In this document: piece after piece, positions 14,979 through 25,227 of the stretch
Layout: each line of letters begins with the position of its first letter
How positions within the stretch are numbered: position 1 is the first letter of the stretch
NCBI GenBank assembly: GCA_002753515.1
Contig: PEAK01000002.1
Coordinates: forward strand, 65,696 to 129,695
DNA length: 64,000 nt
From: Magnetococcales bacterium
Lineage (GTDB): Bacteria; Pseudomonadota; Magnetococcia; Magnetococcales; UBA8363
Direction of reading: 5' to 3'
The notes under the pieces: generated by a model
Seen by the model: the letters and a program-made list of their open reading frames with translations, nothing else
Told to the model about the DNA's origin: nothing
Database searches by the model: none
Made by a program: the position numbers and the translations under genes

Positions 14979-15890
14979 TCACAGTACGCTCGAAACCTTT
15001 TTCTTGATGAGGTCATACCATTTCTCACCCGACTTACCACCAGATGTCTTTTCTTTGATATCATTGAGTTGCACATAAAGCGACTTGAAGGAATCCTTGT
15101 CGCCGTAACCGAGGAGTTCGGCAATTTCCAGTTGGTTGCGTATTTCGGTCAGGATCATTTCAAGGCGCTCATTTTCCTCCTTGGAGCGTTTTTCCTTTTT
15201 GGTCAACTCTTCAGCTTTGACAAGCAGGTGTTCGGCGCGCATCTTCGGCAAGGGGACGATTTTGTCGGTCGTGACCACCAAGGTATTCAGAGCGCTTTGC
15301 AAATCGGCCCTGGCCCGGTCGAGTTCCCCTTTGTCGATCAGGCGAACAACTTCCTTGATTGCAAAGGGATAGGTGGCCAAGGGAATGCTCCGAGTCTGAT
15401 AAACGATTTCGCTGGCCAAATTACCGACGATGGGTCTGGCCTTTTGGATCTCTCCTGACTTCAAATAGTGTTCCGCGTCATGAATCATGGCTTTGACCGT
15501 GTCCAGGCTTGCCAGCAGGTCATAGGTCATAACGTTGGTATCCACCGGAGCCAGGGCCAATCCTGGATCCCGCGCCAAAATCAGCTCCAGCTTTCCCGTG
15601 ACCTTTTCCAGGGCGGCGATGGCTTCCTCTTTATTTTTTTCACCGATGGCTTTGAGGGCATGTTCTGTTTCTTGTAAAGCTGCGGAGGCCTCTTCAAGAA
15701 TTTTTTTTCTCTTTTCGATAGCCTCCTTCGAGGCATCGCTATTCACTTCGGATTTGACGGATTCGCTGGCGACCGATTGTTTTTGCGGTTGTGTCGGCAA
15801 CGACGATGTTTCCGCAAGGGTGGTATTCCATGCCATCAAGGAGAGGGTGGTCACGATCATCAGAAGTGATTTGCAAGGTTTCTTATGCAT
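14979..15890 (-). CDS. YfdX-family-like protein, secreted paralog (signal peptide), tentative family call
   Basis: ATG at 15890 is preceded by AGGAGG. Signal peptide KSLLMIVTTLSLMAWNTTLA. Clearly paralogous over its length to 13986-14924, and the stop abuts the next gene. Confidence 0.45.
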   Translation of the reverse strand: MHKKPCKSLLMIVTTLSLMAWNTTLAETSSLPTQPQKQSVASESVKSEVNSDASKEAIEKRKKILEEASAALQETEHALKAIGEKNKEEAIAALEKVTGKLELILARDPGLALAPVDTNVMTYDLLASLDTVKAMIHDAEHYLKSGEIQKARPIVGNLASEIVYQTRSIPLATYPFAIKEVVRLIDKGELDRARADLQSALNTLVVTTDKIVPLPKMRAEHLLVKAEELTKKEKRSKEENERLEMILTEIRNQLEIAELLGYGDKDSFKSLYVQLNDIKEKTSGGKSGEKWYDLIKKKVSSVL

Positions 15891-16328
15891 GGTATTCCTC
15901 CTGTTATCGTTCTTCATGTTGACAATATTGTTTATCTTCGTGTGCGGCGGATGCCGACACGAGAGTATGTTATATCGTCCCGAAGAGGGATCGGAGAACG
16001 CCGGAATATGAACTATTTCTATTGAAATATTGGCAAGATATATTACTGAAAAGAGAATGATGGACGATCTGCCACCATCGCCATTGCAAGAAAAATAGGC
16101 AGAGAATTGATCATGGCAAGGGGGGGATGGAGACTTTTTTTGGCTGCGGGCGTTCTGGAAATGCCGTCGTCACCTATCTATTTGTTGTTCAAAGATAAAA
16201 TCAATAAGAATGGCTGCAAAAAAATCATACAATCGAGGCAAAGATCATTTCCCAGAGTATCATGATGAACCGCTCATACGGTTTGTCTTGTTTGTGTTTT
16301 TTTTTCGGAGAATCGTTGCCCGATAGCA

Positions 16329-16357
16329 CTTGAAAATATTTCTGACGATTCTTATCT
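16329..16357 (+). promoter_or_regulatory. Putative RpoH (sigma-32)-type promoter of hsp20
   Basis: CTTG (16329-16332), an 18-nt spacer, then CTTATCT (16351-16357), about 70 nt upstream of the hsp20 ATG. This matches the remembered CTTG-N17/18-CYTATNT heat-shock consensus. Confidence 0.4.
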
Positions 16358-16426
16358 GAGGCGCAACAGGATTGCGGATTTCTCGCCATTTGCAAAGGAA
16401 ACATTATTCGGATAAAGGAGGGTCCC

Positions 16427-17014
16427 ATGTTCAACGTATCTCTCATTTCCCTCGCCAGTCGCCGCACCGATGTTGCATATCCGGCACGTGACTGTTTCAT
16501 CCGTATGTCGGATTGGGTTCGGCCATGGATCAATCGGGAAATCCTCACCGGTTACCGGGAAGAAGGGCATCAACTGGTCTTTTCGCAAGAGGTACCAGGC
16601 GTTGATCCCAAAAATTTGCAGGTTACCGTTGAACCGGGACGGCTGACCATCCGGGGTATCCGCTACGAGCAGGTCACCCCATCCGGGAAAGAACGGATGA
16701 CCAGGATCTTTGAACGAAGCTTTTCCCTGCCTTCCGGGGCGGATTGTGATCGGGCCGAAGCCACCGCCCGCCATGGTATTCTGACCGTTACCATCCCCAA
16801 AAAGGGGGATGCCCGCTCTCGTCGCATCGAAATTGGTGGCAAGAACCATGATGTCGATACCGCAGCGACTGCCCGGGAAACTGCGTACTTGCCACGAATG
16901 AAAAAATGGCAGGAGCAGTGGAACGGCTGGATGAAACAAACCCGAGCGTGGCTGACCGAACGCTTCGGAATGAGAATCCCGGTGGCCAAAACGACGCCTT
17001 GCGTTGGCCAATGA
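16427..17014 (+). CDS. Small heat-shock protein, Hsp20/alpha-crystallin family, with a ~60-aa C-terminal extension
   Basis: RBS AAAGGAGGG precedes the ATG. Alpha-crystallin core motifs: VPGVDPKNLQVTVEPGRLTIRGIR, FERSFSLPSGADCDRAEATARHGILTVTIPKK. Confidence 0.75.
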   Translation: MFNVSLISLASRRTDVAYPARDCFIRMSDWVRPWINREILTGYREEGHQLVFSQEVPGVDPKNLQVTVEPGRLTIRGIRYEQVTPSGKERMTRIFERSFSLPSGADCDRAEATARHGILTVTIPKKGDARSRRIEIGGKNHDVDTAATARETAYLPRMKKWQEQWNGWMKQTRAWLTERFGMRIPVAKTTPCVGQ

Positions 17015-17056
17015 TAAAGATGCGTCTTATTGTTTCAGGGTCGCTGTTCGTCCGGG

Positions 17057-18247
17057 TTACCGCGCATCGTTGAGCAGTTTGATGATAGTGGCTTCGTCCA
17101 TGGCGGGACGCCCGGGCAACCGGCCCTGATTGTCATGGATGGCTTGCAGGGTTGCACGGGCATAGCGCTCGATCAGGGTGCCGTCGAGATGCAGTTCGGA
17201 CAGGCGAGTCGGACAGTGGATGGCACGCAGAAAGTCCTCGAACCGTTGCACCCCGGACAGGGCACGTTCCAATTCGTTCCCCGCCGCATGTCCCACGCCG
17301 AAAACCCGCTCGGCGAACTGTGCGAAACGGGCCGGTCGGACCGTTGCGGCGGCTCGCATCCATGCCGGGTTGACCACAGACAGTCCCGCCCCGTGGGCAA
17401 CGTCATGAATGGCGGAAATGGTGTGTTCGATCATATGCACCGGAAAACCAACCGCATCGGCTCCGGCCTGCACCCATCCATTGAGTGCCACCACCGAGGC
17501 CCATTGCACCTGGGAGCGCGCTTCCAGATCCTGGCCGTTGGCAACGGCCCTGGGTCCCCATTCCAAGGCTGTGAGGAGGACGCCCTCGGCAAATCGATCC
17601 TGCAAGGGGGCACCATCAATACCGTTGAAATACCCTTCGGTGACGTGGGTCATCAGGTCGCAGACGCCATAGGCGGTTTGGTCCGGAGGTACGCTCAGGG
17701 TCAAGGTTGGATCGACCAGGGCCACCCGGGGATAGAGACAGTCGGCGATGACGAAGGACTTTTCAACGGTTTGTTCATTGGTGATGACGGCCCCTTTGTT
17801 CATCTCCGAGCCTGTGGCTGCCAGAGTCGGAATGGTGATGATGGGCAGGGCCCGGGTGGGCAGACGCGTTCCGGTTGGGCTGTGGACCATCATTTCCCAA
17901 GGATCCCCTTCATGGAAAACGGTGGCGGCCATGACCTTGGCCGCGTCCATGACGCTGCCGCCCCCCAGGGCGATGACCAGGTCACACTGTTTGGATTGGG
18001 CCAAGCGAGCGCCACGGATCACCGTTGACAGACGGGGATTGGGTTCGACCCCGGAACACTCCTCGAAGGCAATGCCAGCCCCCTTGAGGCTGGTCACGGC
18101 TCGATCAAAGGCGCCACTGCGTTTGACACTGCCACCTCCGGTCACCAGCAAGGCCCGTTGCCCTTCCCCCCGGGCCACCTCGCCCAGGCGGGACAGTACA
18201 CCGGCTCCGAAAAGGATCCGTGTCGGGTTTTGGAATTCAAAATTCAT
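17057..18247 (-). CDS. Iron-containing (group III) alcohol dehydrogenase
   Basis: ATG at 18247 is preceded by AGGAGG. N-terminus is MNFEFQNPTRILFGAG, with the GGGSVMDAAK motif and conserved His-rich metal-site region (HMIEH...HG). Confidence 0.85.
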   Translation of the reverse strand: MNFEFQNPTRILFGAGVLSRLGEVARGEGQRALLVTGGGSVKRSGAFDRAVTSLKGAGIAFEECSGVEPNPRLSTVIRGARLAQSKQCDLVIALGGGSVMDAAKVMAATVFHEGDPWEMMVHSPTGTRLPTRALPIITIPTLAATGSEMNKGAVITNEQTVEKSFVIADCLYPRVALVDPTLTLSVPPDQTAYGVCDLMTHVTEGYFNGIDGAPLQDRFAEGVLLTALEWGPRAVANGQDLEARSQVQWASVVALNGWVQAGADAVGFPVHMIEHTISAIHDVAHGAGLSVVNPAWMRAAATVRPARFAQFAERVFGVGHAAGNELERALSGVQRFEDFLRAIHCPTRLSELHLDGTLIERYARATLQAIHDNQGRLPGRPAMDEATIIKLLNDAR

Positions 18248-18302
18248 GGTGGCCTCCTGATAGCGTATATGGGTGAAGGTTTGCGGTTGGCGAGCGAATG
18301 GG

Positions 18303-19112
18303 TCACCTGTTCGTAGCATGGAAGCGATAGGCGGACAAGTTCAGGGATCCATAGTCATGGCTATTGTGGATTCTTTCGACCACGGGACAGGAGCCGGCGG
18401 CTCCCAGGGCGACAAACAGTGGCATGAGGTGTTCCAGGGTGGGGTGGGCTGAGGTCAGGTGGGGGGCCTGTTTAAGTTCCGTGGCCAGGGTGGTGGGATG
18501 ATCTCCCGTCAACCCCTGATGCAACCACGCGCTGAAAGCAACCGACCAGGATTCGGGGGGGGTACCGGGACGGTGCAATCGCTCCAGGTTATGGGTTATG
18601 GATCCGGAACCCAGGATCAACACCCCTTCTCCACATAAGGGATGCAGGGCCTGTCCCAGTTCCAGGTGCGCCACGGGGTCGGATCGCGCCAACAAGGAGA
18701 GTTGCACCACCGGAATGTCGGCTTCGGGAAACATGAGCCGCAACGGTACCCAGGCCCCATGATCCAGACCACGTTCTGCGGCCTGATTGTATGCGACCTT
18801 GCCGATGGCCAGGGTGGACTGCAGCGATTCCACCAGCCAATCTGCCCCAAAGGCGGGATACTTCCTTTGGTACAACTCCCGGGGAAACCCGGAAAAGTCA
18901 TACAGGGTCTCCAGACGACCCGTGCCGGTCAAGGTGGCGGTTGCGCGTTCCCAGTGGCCGGAGATCACCACGATCCCCCGGGGGCGGGGCAGGGCGCGCC
19001 CAAGGTTTTCCAGGAAATGCCGGCAGGGGTGGTCCCGCAGCATGAGATCTGGCGCTCCATGGGATACAAAGAGGGGATCCATGACCAGATCTGTTTTTCC
19101 TTCATGCATCAT
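18303..19112 (-). CDS. Class III extradiol dioxygenase (LigB/YgiD, 4,5-DOPA-dioxygenase-like)
   Basis: Motifs FVSHGAP, DHGAWVPL and GSGSITHNL, 269 aa. GGGAG RBS lies 8 nt upstream of the ATG at 19112. Confidence 0.75.
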   Translation of the reverse strand: MMHEGKTDLVMDPLFVSHGAPDLMLRDHPCRHFLENLGRALPRPRGIVVISGHWERATATLTGTGRLETLYDFSGFPRELYQRKYPAFGADWLVESLQSTLAIGKVAYNQAAERGLDHGAWVPLRLMFPEADIPVVQLSLLARSDPVAHLELGQALHPLCGEGVLILGSGSITHNLERLHRPGTPPESWSVAFSAWLHQGLTGDHPTTLATELKQAPHLTSAHPTLEHLMPLFVALGAAGSCPVVERIHNSHDYGSLNLSAYRFHATNR

Positions 19113-19445
19113 GTTGCTGTCTCCCGAAGAGTATCAGTGCCGGTTATACCCGACAGGAAGGAACCCTCGAAGAGCGCGAGATGTACAACGCGAATGGGTT
19201 TCGAAGGGGTGGTTGGCATCCTGTTTTATTTTTTCATTATAACATGTTTGAGGGGGCATCGTGTTTATTGTGTATGATCGCCATGGTCAGGGATTTCATT
19301 TGAGTGATTACCTCATCGATCCTGGTGTGTAAAACTGGTTTGACGTCTTCGTGTTCATGCAAAAGCCCGATTTTGAGTAACGAAACGGTTTCATGCCTTG
19401 CCGGCGTGAATGCTACCATGGCTTGCAACAATAATAGGAGTATTG

Positions 19446-20063
19446 ATGGTGAGCGCAATGGATACATCTGAACCTGTCCGGGTGCGTCTTTTGAAGGCTG
19501 CACTGGACTGTTTCATCACCGAAGATTACCACCAAGTCGGCATACGGATGATTGCAGAGAAGGCCCGTGCCAATCCATCGATGATTCGCTACTACTTTGG
19601 CAATAAAATGGGCCTCTACGAGGAGATGATACGAGAAACACTGAATCCGCTACTGGCCGTTCTTGATGGACCGCTATTGGCATCCGTCGATGGTTTTACC
19701 GACTTTTTGCGTCTTTATTATGAAACCATGGTATCGCGACCCGAATTTCCCAAATTGATCCTCAAGGTACTCGCCCTCAACCATGGGCCGGGGCGGCGAT
19801 TCATCCGGCAATTGTTGGAACGTGGGCGTACACGGGGCGCACTCAAAGTGGACCAATTAAAAGCCGCTGGGCAGATCCATTCCGGCATGGATCCCGATAT
19901 TCTCAGACTGGTTTTCGTCAGTTTGGCGATGACACCGATGTTGCTGAAGGACATTTTCGAGGAGCAGACAGGGCATCCGATGGATGGCATCTTCCTGGAT
20001 GAACTGGCGGCATTCAACGGTCATCTCATTACAGCGGGATTGACACCCAACACGACAAAATGA
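19446..20063 (+). CDS. TetR/AcrR family transcriptional regulator
   Basis: AGGAG RBS before the ATG at 19446. HTH region RLLKAALDCFITEDYHQVGIRMIAEKARANPSMIRYYFGNKMGLY. The stop overlaps the start of the next gene (ATGA). Confidence 0.8.
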   Translation: MVSAMDTSEPVRVRLLKAALDCFITEDYHQVGIRMIAEKARANPSMIRYYFGNKMGLYEEMIRETLNPLLAVLDGPLLASVDGFTDFLRLYYETMVSRPEFPKLILKVLALNHGPGRRFIRQLLERGRTRGALKVDQLKAAGQIHSGMDPDILRLVFVSLAMTPMLLKDIFEEQTGHPMDGIFLDELAAFNGHLITAGLTPNTTK

Positions 20064-21211
20064 AGAAAGGAAATACCGTGTCGTATCAAAAAAATTCCGG
20101 GGACGTAAACCGCTTTGCCAAGATAATGAAATTTTCTGCCTGGCTGCAGTCCATCCCCAACAGACTGACCCCGGCACCATTTCGCCTGATGCAGATCGGA
20201 TCGGCCTTCTGGCAATCACGCGCCCTTTACGTTGCGACACGTTTGGACATTGCCAGCGTGTTGGCGGAGAATAGCCTTGAAACCAACTGCTTGGCCGCCC
20301 GGGTTGCCGCCAACCCGGACGCTTTAGGGCGATTGCTGCGTTTGTTGACGGCCATGGGAATCTTTGAGGAGACTGCACCTGGCACCTACCGCAACAACAA
20401 GCTTTCCGCCTATCTGCGCCAAGATCATCCTGAAAATGTACGGTCCATGATTCTCCTGCACAATTCGCAAGCCATGAGCCTCCCATGGTATGGGCAACTT
20501 GAACGTGGTGTACGGGAGGGCGTACCGCCCTTCTTTTTGGCGCACGGTGAGGATTTGTATTCCTACCTGGATCACCATGCCGACTTCGACACCCTGTTTT
20601 CCGAGGCCATGGAAAACGTCGAAGCACTGACAGGCGACAGCTACGCCACCGACTTTGACTGGAGCCGGTTTGATCGGATTATCGACGTTGGCGGTTCACG
20701 TGGAAACAAGTCCTTGGCCATTCTGAAACGTCATTCCCATCTGACGGCCCTGGTGGTGGATCGCCCCCGGGTGATCGACGAGGCCAAGCGTTACTGGAGT
20801 GCCCACCAGACACCGGGCGTGGAGCGCCTGAATTTTGAAGCGGGAGATTTTTTGGAATCGGTCCCTTTGGCACAGAGCGAAAGGGATGTTTATCTGCTTT
20901 CCGCCGTACTGCATGGTTTTGACAACGATACCTGCGTGACGATTCTGGGCATTCTCGCCAGTGCCAGCCGAAAAAATAACGCACGCATTGCTTTGCTGGA
21001 AATGGTACTCCCGGAAACCCATGCCGATATAACAGGGGCCTCATTCGATATGCAGATGTTTCTCGGGTCGCGAGGCCGCGAGCGCACCTTGACGGAATGG
21101 AAGTCTTTGCTTGATCGTAGCGGATGGATACTGGAAGAAATCGTAGGCCTTCAGTCGTTTGGCAATATCCTTGTCGCGCTTCCTGCAAAAGCTGAACAAT
21201 GGATGCCTTAA
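20060..21211 (+). CDS. SAM-dependent O-methyltransferase (family 2, with N-terminal dimerisation domain)
   Basis: The SAM-binding motif IIDVGGSRGN is followed by LVVDRPRVI. The N-terminal winged-helix/dimerisation-like region (AFWQSRALYVATRLDIASVL) is typical of CrtF/COMT-like OMTs. Confidence 0.75.
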   Translation: MKKGNTVSYQKNSGDVNRFAKIMKFSAWLQSIPNRLTPAPFRLMQIGSAFWQSRALYVATRLDIASVLAENSLETNCLAARVAANPDALGRLLRLLTAMGIFEETAPGTYRNNKLSAYLRQDHPENVRSMILLHNSQAMSLPWYGQLERGVREGVPPFFLAHGEDLYSYLDHHADFDTLFSEAMENVEALTGDSYATDFDWSRFDRIIDVGGSRGNKSLAILKRHSHLTALVVDRPRVIDEAKRYWSAHQTPGVERLNFEAGDFLESVPLAQSERDVYLLSAVLHGFDNDTCVTILGILASASRKNNARIALLEMVLPETHADITGASFDMQMFLGSRGRERTLTEWKSLLDRSGWILEEIVGLQSFGNILVALPAKAEQWMP

Positions 21212-21343
21212 GGAACGCCAACATTTTGGTTGCGGCTCTTGCAAGCTATGATACTATCCCACTGTGGGACGAGGTGGCGGAATGGGGGTAGGAATCCCCC
21301 GATTGAACAATAATGAATGGATGAGTAAGGGAGTGCCAAACCA

Positions 21344-22300
21344 TTGAGAAGCTGGACACGTAAACGGGTCATGGTAACCGGGGGTGCCGGTTTCCTGGGA
21401 TCGCACCTGTGCGAGCGCTTGCTGACCGAAGGGCACGATGTCATCTGCGTCGATAATTTTTTTTCCGGCAATCGGGACAACATCATTCCCATGTTGTCCC
21501 ATCCCCATTTTGAATTGATTCGTCACGACATCACCTTTCCCCTCTACCTGGAGGTGGACGAAATTTATAACCTGGCCTGCCCCGCATCACCCATCCACTA
21601 TCAACATGATCCGGTGCAAACCACCAAAACCAATGTCCATGGTTCCATCAACATGCTTGGTCTGGCCAAGCGGTTGAAAGGGCGCATCTTGCAGGCATCG
21701 ACCAGCGAGGTTTACGGGGATCCCGAACAACACCCACAACGGGAAGATTATTGGGGTCACGTCAATCCCAATGGTATCCGCTCCTGTTACGACGAAGGGA
21801 AACGCTGCGCCGAAACGCTGTTCTTTGATTACCATCGGCAACACGGGCTGGCGATCAAGGTGGTGCGTATCTTCAATACATACGGTCCGCGGATGCATCC
21901 GAACGATGGCCGGGTGGTGTCCAATTTTATAGTCCAGGCGTTACGCAACGAGCCGATTACGATTTACGGCGATGGGACGCAAAGCCGTTCTTTTTGTTAT
22001 GTGGACGATCTCATTGGCGGACTGATCACCTGCATGCAGACGCCGCCCGAGTTCACCGGTCCCGTCAATTTGGGCAACGACCATGAGTTCACCATCGCTG
22101 AGTTGGCCAACAGGGTGGTCGCCTTGACCGGATCGAGCGCCCCGGTGGTGTACAAACCTTTGCCTTCCGATGATCCCAAACAGCGCCGGCCCGATCTGAC
22201 TCTGGCGCGCAGTCGCCTGGGTTGGCAACCAAAAGTGGCCCTGGAGGAAGGTTTGCTGGCCACCATTGATTATTTCAAACATGTGTTTCGCTCGGGTTGA
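21344..22300 (+). CDS. UDP-glucuronate decarboxylase (UDP-xylose synthase), SDR family
   Basis: [68 protein letters not shown] and YDEGKR. TTG start assumed; the ATG at 21370 is an alternative. Confidence 0.9.
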   Translation: MRSWTRKRVMVTGGAGFLGSHLCERLLTEGHDVICVDNFFSGNRDNIIPMLSHPHFELIRHDITFPLYLEVDEIYNLACPASPIHYQHDPVQTTKTNVHGSINMLGLAKRLKGRILQASTSEVYGDPEQHPQREDYWGHVNPNGIRSCYDEGKRCAETLFFDYHRQHGLAIKVVRIFNTYGPRMHPNDGRVVSNFIVQALRNEPITIYGDGTQSRSFCYVDDLIGGLITCMQTPPEFTGPVNLGNDHEFTIAELANRVVALTGSSAPVVYKPLPSDDPKQRRPDLTLARSRLGWQPKVALEEGLLATIDYFKHVFRSG

Positions 22301-24135
22301 TACGGGTGAACGCGTTGGGAGGCGGGGAAAAACGGGTTTCTGGACGGTGTTGTCAAGCCGGTGCCCTCTGTTTGCTGTTAGCCGGAATTTTCAGTGCTTC
22401 CATGGCATGGGCAGCGGATGAAAAAGTGACCTATGGGGTTTTTTTCCACGGTCTGGATGGTCATCCAGAACTCCTCACCCGATTGCAATCCCTTTCCATG
22501 GCCCTCAAACGCCAGGATCGCCCCCCGGACGCCCTTTCTGGATTGCAGGCAAGGGCGCGGGAGGATGCGGAAACATTCGTGCAAGCCCTAAAGGCGGACG
22601 GGTGGTTCGATGCCCGTGTTGATGCGACCATCACCGGGGAAGAGGCTCCCAGAGTTGTCACCTTTGTCGTCCAAAGTGGTGTGCGTTATCGCTATGGTCG
22701 CTTGGTTCTGAAGCTGCCGCCGACACCGACCCAGTTCGTTCCACCGAGCATGGACGAGTTGGGACTGCACGAGGATGACTTTGCGCAATCGGCCCCGGTT
22801 TTCGCTGCCGGGGAGAAACTGTTGCTGTTGGCGCGGCAACAGGGATTTCCCCGGGCGCGTCTGTTGGATCACCCCTTGGAGTTGGATCGGCAAGGGCATC
22901 GTCTCCAGGTGGGGTTCGTACTGGAATTAGGGGAATTCGTCCGTCTGGGTCGGGTGACCTTCCAAGGTGCCGAGGGCATCAAACCCAGTTTCCTGGAAGA
23001 GCATCTCTCCTGGCGTCCCGGGGCTGTTTACCATCCCAAACGTTTTGATGGCATCTATCGTTCCCTGATGGGAACCGGTCTTTTTTCCAGCGTTAAGGTG
23101 GCGTTGGGGACGCCCCCCGGAAAGGGGGATCTGTGGCCGGTGACGGTACGACTGATCCAGCGCAAGCACCGATCGGTAGCCCTCGGGGGCGGATTCAGCA
23201 CCGATAAGGGGCTCAATCTGAAAGGGAGTTGGGAACATCGCAATGTTCTGGAGGTCGGTCAACGTTTCAAAATCAAGACCGAGTTGGGCACCGAGGCGCA
23301 GATGGTTTCCCTGGCCCATGAGACACCCGACTTTTTGGTTCCTGAGCAAAAATTGACATTGTCTTTGCAGTTGGACCGCAGCCAGGCCAGTGCCTTCGAC
23401 AGCCAATCGGTACAAGTTGGAGGGACGCTTTTGCGCCCGGTATGGGCTCCCGGGGGTGAGGCGGGTCTGGGGGTGGAATGGCGTATCGCCGACGTGGTGG
23501 ACAACAGCAGCGCGCTACGTTCGTCCTTTGCTTCCACAGCCATTCCCATGACTTTGAAGCTGGATCGCAGTGATGATCTGTTGGATCCCGGCCAAGGATG
23601 GCGTTCGCACAATGAAGTCAAGCCGGTCCTGGCCCTGTCCAAGTCGGGGCAGTCCCATGTCATGGTGTCCAACCGTGGCAGTTTGTACCATAAGCTGTCG
23701 CAGGATCCGCGAGTGGTGGTCGCGTTTCGCGGCGAGGCCGATACCGTGGCGGGGGCGGGTCATGACAATTTGGCCGCCGATCAAAGGTTGTATGCCGGTG
23801 GGAGTGCGACGTTGCGTGGTGTGGGCAACCAATTGGCCGGACAGTTGGATCAGGCGAACAAACCCATGGGGGGGCGTTCCCTGTTGGCCTTGGGGAGCGA
23901 GGTGCGTTGGCTGGTCAAGGAAGATTGGGGATTGGTGGCGTTTTTGGATGGTGCCCGTAGCTACCGGGATTCCTGGCCCGACCTGTCGGAGGGGATGTTG
24001 TTCGGGGCGGGGGTTGGGGGGCGCTACACGACCCCTTTTGGCCCGTTGCGTCTGGATGTCGGTCTGCCCTTGCATCGCAGGACGGGGGTGGACGACCCTT
24101 TTCAAATTTACATCAGTATTGGCCAAGCTTTTTGA
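22297..24135 (+). CDS. Omp85-family outer-membrane protein (BamA/TamA-like, surface antigen D15)
   Basis: Signal peptide ...[13 protein letters not shown]-like repeats, and a C-terminal barrel with [14 protein letters not shown] and [23 protein letters not shown]...IYISIGQAF. The start (TTG 22297 or GTG 22306) overlaps the previous stop. Confidence 0.8.
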   Translation: MIRVNALGGGEKRVSGRCCQAGALCLLLAGIFSASMAWAADEKVTYGVFFHGLDGHPELLTRLQSLSMALKRQDRPPDALSGLQARAREDAETFVQALKADGWFDARVDATITGEEAPRVVTFVVQSGVRYRYGRLVLKLPPTPTQFVPPSMDELGLHEDDFAQSAPVFAAGEKLLLLARQQGFPRARLLDHPLELDRQGHRLQVGFVLELGEFVRLGRVTFQGAEGIKPSFLEEHLSWRPGAVYHPKRFDGIYRSLMGTGLFSSVKVALGTPPGKGDLWPVTVRLIQRKHRSVALGGGFSTDKGLNLKGSWEHRNVLEVGQRFKIKTELGTEAQMVSLAHETPDFLVPEQKLTLSLQLDRSQASAFDSQSVQVGGTLLRPVWAPGGEAGLGVEWRIADVVDNSSALRSSFASTAIPMTLKLDRSDDLLDPGQGWRSHNEVKPVLALSKSGQSHVMVSNRGSLYHKLSQDPRVVVAFRGEADTVAGAGHDNLAADQRLYAGGSATLRGVGNQLAGQLDQANKPMGGRSLLALGSEVRWLVKEDWGLVAFLDGARSYRDSWPDLSEGMLFGAGVGGRYTTPFGPLRLDVGLPLHRRTGVDDPFQIYISIGQAF

Positions 24136-24275
24136 GAGGGAGGGGCGTTGGCGCGGGGCGGGGATGACCACTCTCCCGCCTCGCGCCAGCAACGCAACCA
24201 CCTGTGTGACCTGTTGCGGACCGGTCCGGGTGATCCTCGTTCGAGGGTGCGCGTGATGGTTCCCCCCAGCCCGAT

Positions 24276-24560
24276 TCAGCAGACCCAGCCGACACATCCG
24301 AGTGTTACGCCGGGCCAAGTGTAATAAGCGGGCGCGGCGTAGTAGGGGTAGGCATAGCTGTAGCCGTAGGAATAGGTCGTATAGGCCACCGGGGCGGAAT
24401 ACACCACGGGTGAATAGGCATAGCTGACCGGGTAGGCATAGGCGGGGTAGTAGCCGGCAAGCAAATAGGCGTGTGCATCTGAAGTGGGGGCGAGAACGGC
24501 CACGGAAAGGGCGGCAATGGCACTCAAGGCCATGACCCGGGGCAGGCGAATGATCGACAT
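24276..24560 (-). CDS. Small secreted Tyr/Ala/Pro-rich low-complexity protein
   Basis: AAGGAG RBS 6 nt upstream of the ATG at 24560. Signal peptide MALSAIAALSVAVLAPTSDAHA. The mature ~60 aa are dominated by Y, A, P and S (YYPAYAYPVSYAYSPVVYSAPVAYTTYSYGYSYAYPYYAAPAYY) and end GCVGWVC. Confidence 0.55.
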   Translation of the reverse strand: MSIIRLPRVMALSAIAALSVAVLAPTSDAHAYLLAGYYPAYAYPVSYAYSPVVYSAPVAYTTYSYGYSYAYPYYAAPAYYTWPGVTLGCVGWVC

Positions 24561-24743
24561 GGATAGCTCCTTGTTATTGAAAGTTTTATTGTAGTAGTTA
24601 AACCAGACTTACTCTACCACCCACTGAGGGACGATGCCAAGGTGTCATCGCACAGGTCGAACGATAAAAAACAGCCTTGTCCAATAACGGCAATCCGCCG
24701 ATCGGTTCGTCTGAATGATGACAACAAGGGATCGCAGGGCTTG

Positions 24744-25190
24744 TTATTCCACTTCGCTCTCAAAGTTCAAACCAATCCCTCGTGGGGTCACCCGGGCGAT
24801 CGTGCAATGGAAAGAGACCTCAAATGTGTTGCCTTCCTTGGACATTTCCAGGAAAACGACACCCTCCATCCCTTCCTTGAGGCTGGGGGGCAGTGTTTCG
24901 GAATTGAGAAAGGCACCGCTCATGCTGACGTCTGATGTCGCCCCTTCAATGGTATACACCCCATCATCCGACTCAAAGCGCAGTTTGGTATTGAACGGGA
25001 TGCGGTCATCCCTTTGCACGGCAATCTTCTTTCCGGCCTGGGTCGATGCAGCGGGTGCGGGTTGATTGATCGGGGGGGCGGTGCGTTTGGAATTGTTTTC
25101 CTGTTGGGGGACAGAGTCCGAACGGGCCTTACCCGCCTGGGGCGTTGGTCCCGGGGAGGGCAGCGGTTTTTTCGGGGGTGGGGCTTGCAT
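24744..25190 (-). CDS. PilZ-domain protein with Pro/Ala-rich N-terminal extension
   Basis: DVSMSG (D-x-S-x-x-G) lies ~28 aa after QRDDR. That motif is R-x-x-R, one residue shorter than canonical RxxxR. The beta-barrel-sized C-terminal half is consistent with PilZ. Confidence 0.6.
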   Translation of the reverse strand: MQAPPPKKPLPSPGPTPQAGKARSDSVPQQENNSKRTAPPINQPAPAASTQAGKKIAVQRDDRIPFNTKLRFESDDGVYTIEGATSDVSMSGAFLNSETLPPSLKEGMEGVVFLEMSKEGNTFEVSFHCTIARVTPRGIGLNFESEVE

Positions 25191-25227
25191 GGACCATTAC
25201 CTTGTAGGCGATACTTTACGATTGAGT

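Noticed and set aside
22297-24135. Specific call as TamA (translocation and assembly module)
   Set aside because: No TamB-like (DUF490) gene follows. The downstream DNA encodes only a small Tyr-rich peptide on the opposite strand. I kept the call generic, as an Omp85 family protein.
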